Origin: Hyphomicrobiales bacterium
Lineage (GTDB): Bacteria > Pseudomonadota > Alphaproteobacteria > Rhizobiales > Aestuariivirgaceae
NCBI GenBank assembly: GCA_043749835.1
Contig: JAYVCU010000234.1
Location: 1 to 45,741, forward strand
Direction: 5' to 3'
Length of the DNA: 45,741 bases
A program made the position numbers and the translations under genes. Shown here piece after piece: positions 9,327 through 18,005 of this stretch (position 1 is its first letter; each line of letters starts with the position of its first letter). Below the pieces are notes generated by a model. The model saw nothing but the letters and a program-made list of their open reading frames with translations. It searched no databases and was not told where the DNA came from.

Positions 9327-9725
9327 TTACGTTTTACCCGCCCGCGCAGCGCTGTTGGCCGCAGCCGCTGCTTTGATCAGTTGTTTGAACGCCGCTTCGT
9401 TGAGCTTACCTCCTTCTTTGATATCGATGGCGCGTCTTGCGTTGCCTTCAAGGCTGGCGTTGAACAGCTTCTCTGGGTCCGCCAGTGCGGCACCTCTGGC
9501 GAAGGTGAGTTTAACTGCGGCTTTATAGGTCTCGCCGGTGCAGATGATGCCGTCATATTCCCACACCGGCACGCCGCGCCATTTCCATTCTTCCACCACG
9601 CCGGGGCAAGCCGCGTGGATCAGCCTGCGGACCTGCGCCAGCACCTCCCCGCGCCAATCGCCCAGCGCGGCGATGCGGTTGGTGATGTTGGTGGCGGGGT
9701 TGGAAGTGTTTGGGAGTGCGTTCAT
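9327..9725 (-). CDS. DUF1801 (YdhG-like) protein
   Basis: DWRGEVL...VVEEWKW.GVPVW...ICTGETYK..VKLTF..GA.L.DP..LFNASLEGN.RRAID; alternative start at 9770 overlaps the RM stop. Confidence 0.85.
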   Translation of the reverse strand: MNALPNTSNPATNITNRIAALGDWRGEVLAQVRRLIHAACPGVVEEWKWRGVPVWEYDGIICTGETYKAAVKLTFARGAALADPEKLFNASLEGNARRAIDIKEGGKLNEAAFKQLIKAAAAANSAARAGKT

Positions 9726-9766
9726 GGTGTGAGGGAGCCTGAGGGTTGCGGGAGTGGCCAGATTAT

Positions 9767-12700
9767 TCATAACGGCATGGTGATGGTTTTCATAATTCGG
9801 TCAGTTTCAGATAGAATTTTTATTATTTTTTGATAGTGCCTAATGTCATCAAACGAGAGGCTGCGGGTCTTGCGGTCTTTGAGCCATTTCTGCGCGGGCT
9901 GATAGCCACCGATATAGAAATTCCACGCAATCTCCGGCACACCTTCAAAGCCCTGTGTGGCGTTGATGCGCACTACGCCACCTTCATAAGAAACTTTGCC
10001 GACAACAGAGTCACCTTGCCCGGTGAATTTATACGCGGCAGCACCAATGGCTGCGTCTTCCATCAAATGTAGTTTGCGAAGTTGCGTGCCCTTGGCTGAA
10101 ATATCCCAGAACACATCAGACGATGCCGGATAAGGCACCCGCGGAAAATCAATTTTCAAAAATTCTTTGTAAGTCTCGCGGTAAGCCGGGCAATGCAACA
10201 CGCCATAGATATAATCGAATATCGCTAGTTCATCTGGTACCTTCAACTTGCCTTTAGGTGCTAGCGCAACAGGCCTCGAAGCGTCGGTGGCCGCCGCTAT
10301 AATGAGCTTGTGAATTTTAGGATCGAAATTTACGCGGCGGGTTTGGTCAAGTGAATACTGGTCCGGATAAAGGTAGAGAGGAGCAAACATTGATCCCGTC
10401 GAACGCTCGGCGCACTTTACATCACTCATGTAGCGCGAAACAAAAAAATGGTCGGTTAAATCAGATTTGTTGCTCCGCCCAAAGAGCAGAGCAAGATTTG
10501 GCTGCAGAAGATGATGGGATACAGAATATCTGGCTCTGTAAGACATTGGTATTTTGCCACTCTTCATTCCCGCTGCTGGATTTGCAAAGAAAGCAAAAAA
10601 TCTCTGGTCAAAGGGTTTATGGGTGAATGGAACTACCTTAAAACTTTGAGCACTGAACTCATTCTTCAATGAATTACTAAGTGTATTCGCAGAAAAATCG
10701 ATGAATTTTTCTTCTGACCTAGATTGTATACCTGTTGTATTTTCTGTCAGAAATCTTACCAGACTGAAACCTAATTCATAGGTGCGACCGTTTGCTTCAT
10801 CCCTTTCAAAGAAGGGATAGTGCGGTGCATCAATCCTGATGTGTCGGTATCCGAGGTTGAGTAAATTCGACTCCCAAAGCTTTTGATATTTTGTCTCCCT
10901 TTTTCCCCATAGATCCCCGCGATAAACTTTTCCTAAGACTTTCTCAGATGTTTTATTTCCGAAATTTGCCTTTTTCACAGCAACTATAATTGCGACTCCC
11001 TGTTGGATATCAAATACATTCTCATCGGATTCCTCGATTGGCGATCGTTCAATTTTCTTTGAACTGCCATGCAAATCCAGCACATATATTGCGTCAAATG
11101 ATTTCATGAGATGCCAGCGCATCCCGCGAAAAGTTGGGTTATCAATGTAGCCATGGTTAGTTATGAACCCCACTATTCCTTCACCATTTCGTTCAATGAA
11201 GTATTCCGCAAGTCTGAGGAATTTTACATAATCATCATTTAGCCATTTCGAATTCCGCTCGTCGAGCCTCTTTAGCGACGAAGGTTCAAGTTTATAAACT
11301 TCAACTAACTGTGATGCCCAAGGGCCTTTATTCGAGGATTGGCCCGAATAAGGTGGGTTGCCGATGACACACATGATGGGCATATCGCGCTTAATGGTGT
11401 TGGCTTCCTTGGCTTCGTTTGATAGCCACTGCGCAAATGGCAGAGTTTGGTTGGCGCGTTCGCCTTCTTCCAATGAGTTGGTAAGATAAACTCCTAGGCG
11501 CGGTGGATTGCCCGTAGGTTTGTATCCCATCTCCGTCAACGTCATATCCAGCTTCATGTGGCACATGGCATAAGACGCCATGAGCAATTCAAAGCCATGT
11601 AGGCGCGGGATCAGTTCTTTCTCGACGTAGCTTGACCATTGGCCTGCGGCCACGTCTTTCACCTTGGGTGCAATCTGCTTAATGACCTCGGCCAGAAATG
11701 TTCCCGTGCCTGCGGCGGGATCGAGAATCTGAACGCGATGAACTTCCTTCTTGATGGTAATGGCCTTGCCTTTGTTGTCGGTTTGGCCCGTGTCCCAATC
11801 CACCGTCACCTTGGACGTATCAGCCAACCCCAACGGCAACCCAAATTCGGATTTCAACACATCATCAACGGCGCGCACGATGAAGTTGACCACGGGTTCG
11901 GGCGTATACCATACGCCTCGTGCTTTGCGCTTGGCCGGATTATATTGCGCGAGGAACGTTTCATAGAAATGAATGAAGGGGTCATTGCGCTGGGTGAACT
12001 TGCCAAAGTCTTCAAACAGTTTTTGCAAATTGGTAGCCTGAAAAATTTCCGCCAGTTCATCCACCGTGCGGCGGATGCGTTCATCCAATTGCGGCCCAGC
12101 CACGTAGGTGAACAGATTGCGCAGGAAGGGGTTGGATTTTGGCATCAACTCCAGCGCCTCGGCGCGAGAGAAGTCATCCATCGTTTTATCATGTAGCCTA
12201 GCGCCGAACATGCCGTAAGCAATTGTCTCAGAATAAATGTCAGCAAAGTCTTCTACAGAAAGATCGTGGATCAACATGTCTTTGAAGGAATTATATTGAC
12301 CCGTCAGATCGGTTTGTAGCTCATTGTCTTCCTTAAGGGAGTTAAACAAAATGTCTTTGATGAGAACGGCTTTGCCCGCCATCATCTTGGCCAAATCTTC
12401 TGCCGAGGTAATTGTCTGTAGTTTCTGTTGTGCAAAATCCTTGAGCTGGTGTTCTAAAACTGAAAATTGATCGGGCTTGGGCTGAATTCCGATCAGGTAA
12501 TCTGCAATCGAAATCTGGCGAGCGAGATGGCCTTCTTTGTAAAAGTCAAAATCCAACCCATTTGTATAAATCAAATTGGGCAGAGCCTTCACATAACGCC
12601 CATGTTGCGCCTTGTTGAAATCATTCATCGCCTTCGGCGATATGTCGAGGCCAACGTCCTTGGCCTCACAATGACCCACAGTAAGTTCAGTGCCCTTGCC

Positions 12701-12889
12701 AATGTTCCGCGTAAATACAAAATCAGGGCGCCCTACCTTGACACCTTTGGGTTCATTGATGCAGTTAACCGCCGTGTCGATGGACTTGAAAAGCTTTTCC
12801 AAAGCAGGGCGATATGAATGTTCAGTGGCCTTGCCGCTGGCTTGAATTTTCTGAATCTCGGCAAGATAGCCACTGATGTTCACAGTCAT
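9767..12889 (-). CDS. Type IIG single-chain restriction-modification enzyme (N6-adenine MTase with Type ISP-like C-terminal specificity domain)
   Basis: N-terminal PD..ExK nuclease-like motif (RPDF...HCEAKD), GVWYTP, motif I ILDPAAGTGTFL, motif IV GNPPY, C-terminal YIYGVLH..YR..Y..FLKIDFPRVP and IGGYQPAQKWLKDRK; no helicase motifs seen. Confidence 0.9.
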   Translation of the reverse strand: MTVNISGYLAEIQKIQASGKATEHSYRPALEKLFKSIDTAVNCINEPKGVKVGRPDFVFTRNIGKGTELTVGHCEAKDVGLDISPKAMNDFNKAQHGRYVKALPNLIYTNGLDFDFYKEGHLARQISIADYLIGIQPKPDQFSVLEHQLKDFAQQKLQTITSAEDLAKMMAGKAVLIKDILFNSLKEDNELQTDLTGQYNSFKDMLIHDLSVEDFADIYSETIAYGMFGARLHDKTMDDFSRAEALELMPKSNPFLRNLFTYVAGPQLDERIRRTVDELAEIFQATNLQKLFEDFGKFTQRNDPFIHFYETFLAQYNPAKRKARGVWYTPEPVVNFIVRAVDDVLKSEFGLPLGLADTSKVTVDWDTGQTDNKGKAITIKKEVHRVQILDPAAGTGTFLAEVIKQIAPKVKDVAAGQWSSYVEKELIPRLHGFELLMASYAMCHMKLDMTLTEMGYKPTGNPPRLGVYLTNSLEEGERANQTLPFAQWLSNEAKEANTIKRDMPIMCVIGNPPYSGQSSNKGPWASQLVEVYKLEPSSLKRLDERNSKWLNDDYVKFLRLAEYFIERNGEGIVGFITNHGYIDNPTFRGMRWHLMKSFDAIYVLDLHGSSKKIERSPIEESDENVFDIQQGVAIIVAVKKANFGNKTSEKVLGKVYRGDLWGKRETKYQKLWESNLLNLGYRHIRIDAPHYPFFERDEANGRTYELGFSLVRFLTENTTGIQSRSEEKFIDFSANTLSNSLKNEFSAQSFKVVPFTHKPFDQRFFAFFANPAAGMKSGKIPMSYRARYSVSHHLLQPNLALLFGRSNKSDLTDHFFVSRYMSDVKCAERSTGSMFAPLYLYPDQYSLDQTRRVNFDPKIHKLIIAAATDASRPVALAPKGKLKVPDELAIFDYIYGVLHCPAYRETYKEFLKIDFPRVPYPASSDVFWDISAKGTQLRKLHLMEDAAIGAAAYKFTGQGDSVVGKVSYEGGVVRINATQGFEGVPEIAWNFYIGGYQPAQKWLKDRKTRSLSFDDIRHYQKIIKILSETDRIMKTITMPL

Positions 12890-13008
12890 TCCCCAAATTT
12901 TTTTGCTTATTTGGCAAAGCCTCACCAGATTAACTGCGTGTTGTCAAAGTAAGGCTGGATCAGCGGGTCAAGCCCGCCGATGGAGAATAAGGGTAATAAA
13001 CATTCCCC

Positions 13009-13036
13009 TTGACAACATTCCTATCCTATGCTTAAA
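13009..13036 (+). promoter_or_regulatory. Putative sigma70 promoter for the structured RNA
   Basis: Consensus TTGACA at 13009-13014 and a weak -10 (CTTAAA, 13031-13036); the predicted start lies at the base of the first stem. Confidence 0.5.
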
Positions 13037-13041
13037 GCCTC

Positions 13042-13415
13042 CTCGTTCTTTCCATCGGGGTCCGGTTCATGACGGTGAACCCGGGCGGAAAGGGCGGCAG
13101 GTCCTGCGGGCGGTGTAACGTACACTGTCATCGGGTATGTCGGTTGGGTGCCTTGGTCATTATGGGCCAAGCGTGTAGTCACGGCGTTTACGGCGGGTTA
13201 TTGGTTCGCCCATGGAGCCGTTTTTCGGCGCTCGTCGCCTCTATCTATACGCTGATCCGGTGTTTCTTAAGGTGAAATGTTCAGCATGAGGTAAAATCGG
13301 ACGCGACACGCCCTTCCCTAGCTATAATAGCCTGTCTTAACGCGTGGGGTAACCCAGCGCACCTACCGCGGCTCTATACTAAGCCGCAACACCGCGTTGG
13401 TCTACTCCACGCGTC
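13042..13415 (+). ncRNA. Candidate large structured non-coding RNA, family unidentified
   Basis: More than ten mutually compatible nested helices found by eye, with mismatches that are mostly G-U on the + strand; no convincing ORF. Confidence 0.7.
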
Positions 13416-13496
13416 TCCCTTCTACCCTCCGCCAGAATTGATCTCTGGCGAACAGGGGCAGAGCTGTGCCCCAATGCAACTTGACCGTCACACACG

Positions 13497-13525
13497 TTGA
13501 CGGCGCGGCGGGTTGGCGCTACCTC
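13497..13525 (+). promoter_or_regulatory. Putative gltX promoter (possibly leaderless transcript)
   Basis: TTGACG-N17-TACCTC ending 8 nt before the ATG at 13534; no Shine-Dalgarno sequence. Confidence 0.5.
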
Positions 13526-13533
13526 CCCCGACC

Positions 13534-14859
13534 ATGTCCACCATTGTACGCTTTGCCCCATCGCCCACCGGCCGCATTCACATTGGCAACGCCCGTGCGG
13601 CGCTTCTCAACTGGTTGTTCGCGCTCAAAAATGGCGGGCAATTTATATTGCGCTATGATGACACGGACACGGCGCGCTCCACCCCGGAATTTGCCGATGG
13701 CATTAAGGCTGATGTGGCATGGCTGGGAATCATACCCTCACGCGTGGAATGGCAGAGCAAACGCTTTGCACGCTATGACGCAGTGGCCGCAGATTTGCGC
13801 ACCCGTGGATTTTTGTATGCCTGTTATGAAACCGCCGATGAATTGGACCGCCGCCGCAAACGCCAGCAGGCACGCGGGCTGCCGCCGGTTTATGACCGCG
13901 CCGCGCTGAATTTGACGGCGGATGAGAAGGCTGCATTTGAAGCCGAGGGCCGCAAACCGCATTGGCGCTTCAAGCTGGCGCAGAAGCCGGTGGAGTGGAC
14001 AGACCTCATTCGCGGCCCCGTGCATATTGATACGGCCACGCTGTCTGATCCCGTATTGGTGCGTGAAGATGGCACTTATCTTTATACGTTACCCTCGGTC
14101 ATTGACGATATTGATTTTGGCATTACGCATGTGATCCGTGGTGAAGACCATGTGGTGAATACGGCGGCGCAAATCGAAATTTCGCGCGCTATTGGTGGCA
14201 CGGTTCCAGCATATGCACATTATTCGATGTTACTGGGAGCTGACGGCAAGGGCCTGTCGAAGCGCATAGGTTCGCTTTCCATTCAGTCTTTGCGTGAGAG
14301 CGGATTGGAATCCATGGCCGTGGTGTCCCATGCCTCGCTGCTGGGCACGTCTGATAATATTCATCCATGTACGGATATTCAGGAATTGGTGGATGGCTTT
14401 GATCTGAATAAATTGGGCCGTGCCCCCGCCCGCTTTGATGAGGCAGAATTGGCAACGCTGAATGCAAAGCTGTTGCATATGACGCCCTGGAATGCCTTAA
14501 AAGATCGTTTGGATTATGGTGATGAAGCCTTCTGGCTTGCGGTGCGCGGCAACATCGAAAAGCTTGATGATGCGAAATTTTGGGATGATGTCATTCATCA
14601 GGATTTGAAGGTGGACGTGGCAGCGGAAGACGTGGCCTTCATCGCCAAGGCCCGTGAACTTTTGCCGGATGAACCGTGGGATCAAACCACCTGGAAATCA
14701 TGGACTGAAGCGATTAAAGCTGCAACCGACCGCAAAGGCAAAACCCTGTTCATGCCGCTGCGTCATGTATTGACCGGCATGGAACACGGGCCGGAACTGG
14801 CCGCCCTGCTGCCGCTGATTGGCCGTCAAAGGGTGCTCGACCGGATGGGGATTGATTAG
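13534..14859 (+). CDS. gltX: Glutamate--tRNA ligase
   Basis: RFAPSPTGRIHIGN (HIGH), RYDDTD, IRGEDH, GLSKR (KMSKS) and an anticodon-binding C-terminus. Confidence 0.96.
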   Translation: MSTIVRFAPSPTGRIHIGNARAALLNWLFALKNGGQFILRYDDTDTARSTPEFADGIKADVAWLGIIPSRVEWQSKRFARYDAVAADLRTRGFLYACYETADELDRRRKRQQARGLPPVYDRAALNLTADEKAAFEAEGRKPHWRFKLAQKPVEWTDLIRGPVHIDTATLSDPVLVREDGTYLYTLPSVIDDIDFGITHVIRGEDHVVNTAAQIEISRAIGGTVPAYAHYSMLLGADGKGLSKRIGSLSIQSLRESGLESMAVVSHASLLGTSDNIHPCTDIQELVDGFDLNKLGRAPARFDEAELATLNAKLLHMTPWNALKDRLDYGDEAFWLAVRGNIEKLDDAKFWDDVIHQDLKVDVAAEDVAFIAKARELLPDEPWDQTTWKSWTEAIKAATDRKGKTLFMPLRHVLTGMEHGPELAALLPLIGRQRVLDRMGID

Positions 14860-14876
14860 TCAACATATTTGTTGAC
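14859..14876. promoter_or_regulatory. Palindrome upstream of hicAB, possible HicB operator
   Basis: GTCAACA-TATT-TGTTGAC, overlapping a TTGACA hexamer. Confidence 0.45.
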
Positions 14877-15024
14877 ATCTTTCATAGAAACAGCTAATCG
14901 GAAATTAATTCGGAATACTGAAAACAAAAAAATTTATGGCGGGAATCTTCGCCATTACAGGGTTTGTCGAACACGTGGATGGGGTACCTCATGGCATTAG
15001 TTAAGCTATGAGAAAGTTTGTATT

Positions 15025-15210
15025 ATGAAATATTCCGAATTCCGCCGCTGGCTGAAGAAGCAGGGCTGTACGTTTGAAACACGCGAAGGTGGAACGAGTC
15101 ATTTGATCGTGCGATATAAAGGCAAAGAAACAGTCTTTCCGATGCATGGCAGCAAAGAGATCGGTACAGGTTTGGTGCACACCATCAAGAAGCAGTTAGG
15201 ACTGAAATGA
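15025..15210 (+). CDS. hicA: HicA-family toxin
   Basis: 61-aa basic protein, GTSHL and PMHGSKEI..GL...I.KQLGL motifs. Confidence 0.92.
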   Translation: MKYSEFRRWLKKQGCTFETREGGTSHLIVRYKGKETVFPMHGSKEIGTGLVHTIKKQLGLK

Positions 15211-15635
15211 TCAGGTACCGCGTCAAACTCACACCGGACGACAATGACACATTCCTTGTCACAGCGCCGGATTTTCCTGAGGTGATCACGTTTGGTGATA
15301 CGCGGGAAGAAGCGCTTGTTTATGCAGTGGGCGCATTTCGCGAGATGATTGCGGCCAAAATTCACTATAAAGAACCAATCCCCAAGCCTTCGCGGATTAA
15401 AGCGGGGGAGCCTTTTATTACTCTCCCAATCCAAACTGAAATGAAAGTGCGGCTCTATCAATCGCTCGAAGAGTCCGGCGTGAAGAAAGCGGATTTGGCG
15501 CGTAAGCTTAATTTGCATCGCCAGGAAATTGATCGGCTGTTTGATTTCAAAAAATCAACCAGCTTGGCCAAGTACGAATCGGCATTTGCGGCCTTGGGCA
15601 AAACTCTTAAAATTGAAGTTGCCGACGCGTCGTAA
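15207..15635 (+). CDS. hicB: HicB-family antitoxin with C-terminal HTH
   Basis: FLVTAPDFPEVITFGDTREEA motif; ATGA overlap with hicA. Confidence 0.92.
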   Translation: MIRYRVKLTPDDNDTFLVTAPDFPEVITFGDTREEALVYAVGAFREMIAAKIHYKEPIPKPSRIKAGEPFITLPIQTEMKVRLYQSLEESGVKKADLARKLNLHRQEIDRLFDFKKSTSLAKYESAFAALGKTLKIEVADAS

Positions 15636-15654
15636 ACGGCGCAACATCGACCCC

Positions 15655-16290
15655 ATGATTTTGGTTGGCCAATATGACTCGCCGTTTGTGCGGCGTGTGG
15701 CGGTGACATTGCATCACTATCACATGCCATTTACGCGCAAGCCTTTGTCTGTGTTTGGCGACAAAAAGGAAGTGCAAGTCATCAATCCACTGCTGCGCGT
15801 TCCCATTCTGATCTTAGAAGACGGCGAAGCGCTGATTGATTCAAATGCCATCCTTGATCATCTTGATCATGTCGCGGGTCATGCGCGCGCAATGACACCG
15901 CCCAACGGCGCAGATCGGCGGCGGGTATTGCAGGCCTGCGCGGTTTCCACCGGAATTTCCGACAAAGTGGTGGCGCTGTTTTTTGAACGAACGTTTCATG
16001 AAGTCGGCCATGTCAGCAAGAACCTGGACACGCGACTTTCGTCACAAATTAAAACTTCGCTTGAATGGTTGGAACGCGCTTGCGGCACGCCGTGGTATTT
16101 CGACAATAAGATGAGTCAAGCGGACGTGACGATCGGCTGCACGTTGAGTCATTTAAAATTGCGTTTGTCTGAATTTTTCCCAGCTGACAAATATCCCAAA
16201 CTCCACGCCCTCTCGCGCCATTGCGAAATGAAGGAAGAATTTGATGCGGCCCGAATTGGAGCCAATGAGACGGTGCCGAAGAAATTATAG
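15655..16290 (+). CDS. Glutathione S-transferase family protein
   Basis: SPFVRRV, NPLLRVPIL and LIDSNAILDHL motifs. Confidence 0.9.
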   Translation: MILVGQYDSPFVRRVAVTLHHYHMPFTRKPLSVFGDKKEVQVINPLLRVPILILEDGEALIDSNAILDHLDHVAGHARAMTPPNGADRRRVLQACAVSTGISDKVVALFFERTFHEVGHVSKNLDTRLSSQIKTSLEWLERACGTPWYFDNKMSQADVTIGCTLSHLKLRLSEFFPADKYPKLHALSRHCEMKEEFDAARIGANETVPKKL

Positions 16291-17028
16291 GCTGGCTTCA
16301 AGCTGTGGGATTACGTCGTAAGCGTCCGCAGGCAGAATGGAAAAACCATCTAGCAACAAAGCGCCGCGCGCCGCGCTGAGTTGTGGATCGTGAAATGTCT
16401 TACGCAGAGCGTCGCGCAGATGATCAACATTTCCGCCACGAGTTATATAGGGCAAGCCCGGTATCATTTGTGAACGCGCAATTTCAGTCAACCCTTCCAA
16501 ATCTTCAAGGCGATATTTCTTGGCAAGTGCCACGCAGACTGAATCGATAGCGCATAGATCGGCCCTACCCTCACGCACGGCTTTAAGCGAATTCAGGTGG
16601 CTGCCGGTTATCAAAGGTGGTTGAAAGAAATCACGCCCATGCAAAAAATCTTTAAAACAGAGCTTAAGTGCCAGATTGCCAGACATTGAATCCACCGCAT
16701 TGACCGCTGGTGTAGCACCTGAAAATTTCGCCAAAGATTTCGCCTCACGCGCGAAAATGAAACTGGAATAGTTGGCTCCGTCACAGCCATCGCAAGCATA
16801 ATGTGGCGTGGCGACATACTGAAGCAAGCCTCTGAATTGATGAGTGAAAGGATAGCCACATGTTTGACTGAAAGCGAGATCCGGTGAGTGCCACACAGCA
16901 TCGTGTGATTCATGGCGAAGCAACCCACCGCTTAGACCAGCATGGCGGGCAAAACCCATCCACAACTGATCCGTGGACGGATAGAGTTCGGGCCAATCAT
17001 ACATGGGAAGTGAAGCTAATGATGTCAC
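16285..17028 (-). CDS. PhnD/SsuA-like substrate-binding protein with no apparent signal peptide
   Basis: ASLPMYD, QTCGYP, N..DSMSG, TGSH..S..AV..G.AD..AID motifs. Confidence 0.75.
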   Translation of the reverse strand: MTSLASLPMYDWPELYPSTDQLWMGFARHAGLSGGLLRHESHDAVWHSPDLAFSQTCGYPFTHQFRGLLQYVATPHYACDGCDGANYSSFIFAREAKSLAKFSGATPAVNAVDSMSGNLALKLCFKDFLHGRDFFQPPLITGSHLNSLKAVREGRADLCAIDSVCVALAKKYRLEDLEGLTEIARSQMIPGLPYITRGGNVDHLRDALRKTFHDPQLSAARGALLLDGFSILPADAYDVIPQLEASL

Positions 17029-17090
17029 GATCTGGCACTTGTTGAAGCAGTAGCAAAGCGTATACAAGGCTAACGGGTTCGCAAACCACC

Positions 17091-18005
17091 ATGAATTACA
17101 CTCATATTTTATCCAAGATTGAATGGCCCACGCTGGGTCTTATTATTGGCGTCTATGGCGTTCTGGGCGCATTGGTCTGGTTCCATGCTGGTCTGCCTTG
17201 GTTCGTCATTCTGCCAATTGGCGCTTTTACAGCTTGTCTCCATGGCTCATTGCAGCATGAGGCGCTTCACGGGCACCCAACACAGTCGCGCCGATTAAAT
17301 GAGGTCTTGGTGTTCCTGTCGCCGCAATTGTGGTTGCCCTATGGCCGGTACCGTGATCTTCATTTGCAACACCACAATGATGTGAACCTTACTTGTCCAG
17401 TACGCGACCCTGAATCTTACTATCTTTTACCCGATGCCTGGGCTGCCGTTCCCGGCTGGCGCAGGCCGCTCTGCAGTTTCAATAACACACTCATGGGCCG
17501 CATGCTGATTGGTCCCGCTATAAGCGTTGTGCAATTCTGGGGCGATGAATTGATAAGTCTGGCAAATGGCCGACGCGAAGGGTTGAGATGCTGGCTTGGC
17601 TTCGCCGTCTCATCTATTCTGGTGTTGGTCTATGTTATCTGGTGCAAAATGCCTATTTGGGAGTATCTCTTTTTGGTTGCCTATCCTTCCGTGTCACTGG
17701 CACTGGTGCGTTCTTATTGTGAACACCAAGCTGCGGAAGATATAGGGCACCGCACAATTTTGGTTGAGGCCTCGCCGTTTTGGGCGTTGCTGTTTTTGAA
17801 TAACAACCTGCATATTGCACATCATGAGCGTCCTGGGTTAGCTTGGTACAAACTTCCCGCCTTTTATGCGGCAGAACGCGTACATCTGATAAACCGCAAT
17901 GGAAATTATGTGAAGCTTGGCTATGGGCAAATTTTCCGCAGCTATTTTCTGCGGGCTAAGGAAGATGTGGCTCATCCAAACGTTGATTGGTTAGAAAGCC
18001 ATTGA
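17091..18005 (+). CDS. Membrane fatty-acid-desaturase-like protein
   Basis: His boxes QHEALHGH, HLQHH and LHIAHH; TM segments. Confidence 0.85.
   Translation: MNYTHILSKIEWPTLGLIIGVYGVLGALVWFHAGLPWFVILPIGAFTACLHGSLQHEALHGHPTQSRRLNEVLVFLSPQLWLPYGRYRDLHLQHHNDVNLTCPVRDPESYYLLPDAWAAVPGWRRPLCSFNNTLMGRMLIGPAISVVQFWGDELISLANGRREGLRCWLGFAVSSILVLVYVIWCKMPIWEYLFLVAYPSVSLALVRSYCEHQAAEDIGHRTILVEASPFWALLFLNNNLHIAHHERPGLAWYKLPAFYAAERVHLINRNGNYVKLGYGQIFRSYFLRAKEDVAHPNVDWLESH

Noticed and set aside
13069-13275. 68-aa ORF (and ORFs 12876-13118, 13379-13561) over the structured region
   Set aside because: No RBS, no recognisable motifs and unnatural composition; the pairing pattern explains the sequence better.
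13042-13415. Identification as RNase P, tmRNA, 6S, group II intron, retron msr-msd or omega RNA
   Set aside because: No GAGGAAAGUCC and no ANDN-type tag frame or tRNA-like ends seen. The fold is branched rather than a 6S rod. GAGCCG at 13215 does not extend into a domain V. No RT, IscB or TnpB gene is nearby.
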